From Escherichia coli (GTDB taxonomy: Bacteria > Pseudomonadota > Gammaproteobacteria > Enterobacterales > Enterobacteriaceae), in the NCBI RefSeq assembly GCF_024502345.1, contig NZ_JALDNN010000001.1: a stretch of 64,000 nt of DNA. One strand, 5' to 3'. The notes beneath the pieces are model-generated. The model was not told the origin of the DNA and did no database searches. It was given only the letters and a program-made list of their open reading frames with translations. Below, piece after piece: positions 63,804 to 64,000 of this stretch. Position 1 is the stretch's first letter. Each line of letters begins with the position of its first letter. A program made the translations under genes and the position numbers.

Positions 63804-64000
63804 CGCGTCCTGCCCGAGAATGAGCTGACGTGTTATGGTTTGCGGATGGGGTTGATGGAATACGTGAAGAACCGAAACAGAACGGGAAGATCAGGTCACC
63901 GACAAGGGGCGAACACCGGATACAGGTTCAGGATGAATGATCTCCGTTGACTTCGGTTCACATCATTAATCAAGGCGGTAAGGTTTTACCGACGGAGTGT

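Overview
The window reads as an Enterobacteriaceae (E. coli-like) mosaic of genomic islands stacked at a tRNA-Phe attachment site, dense in mobile elements and defence genes. All calls rest on reading the six-frame translations and the raw sequence; no database search was run, so family names are recognition-based and coordinates I derived myself (repeats, IS ends, operators) may be off by 1-2 bp. Left part (1-14.3 kb): an IS903 fragment, a four-gene operon of unknown function (acidic protein, two unknowns, an LRAT/NlpC-P60-like protein), a YaaW-like gene, a WYL/YfjR-like regulator, a DUF262/DUF1524 (GmrSD-like) gene and an EcoR124-like type I R-M operon (hsdM-hsdS-hsdR), then a small repeat-protein gene and a 49-bp tRNA-Phe 3' fragment. 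Middle (14.5-38.7 kb): a P4-type integrase, a phosphoethanolamine transferase, a Tia/Hek-like outer membrane protein, IS1 and IS3-family elements, a metal-resistance module (cadA/zntA-like + cadR, copA + cueR, czcD + arsR-like), a zinc-hook ABC ATPase (RloC-like) bounded by inverted palindromes, and an IS3-family element invaded by both IS30 and a group II intron. Right part (39.7-64 kb): CP4-57-like cryptic-prophage modules (AlpA-like, YfjJ/YagK-like, YfjR-like regulator, small envelope proteins) interrupted by a roughly 10.5-kb minus-strand six-gene operon: HTH protein, SNF2-family helicase, Abi_2 protein, a 621-aa AIPR-like protein, and a type III-like Mod and Res. That operon is my best candidate for an undescribed composite defence system. 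No rRNA, CRISPR array or intact tRNA was found.
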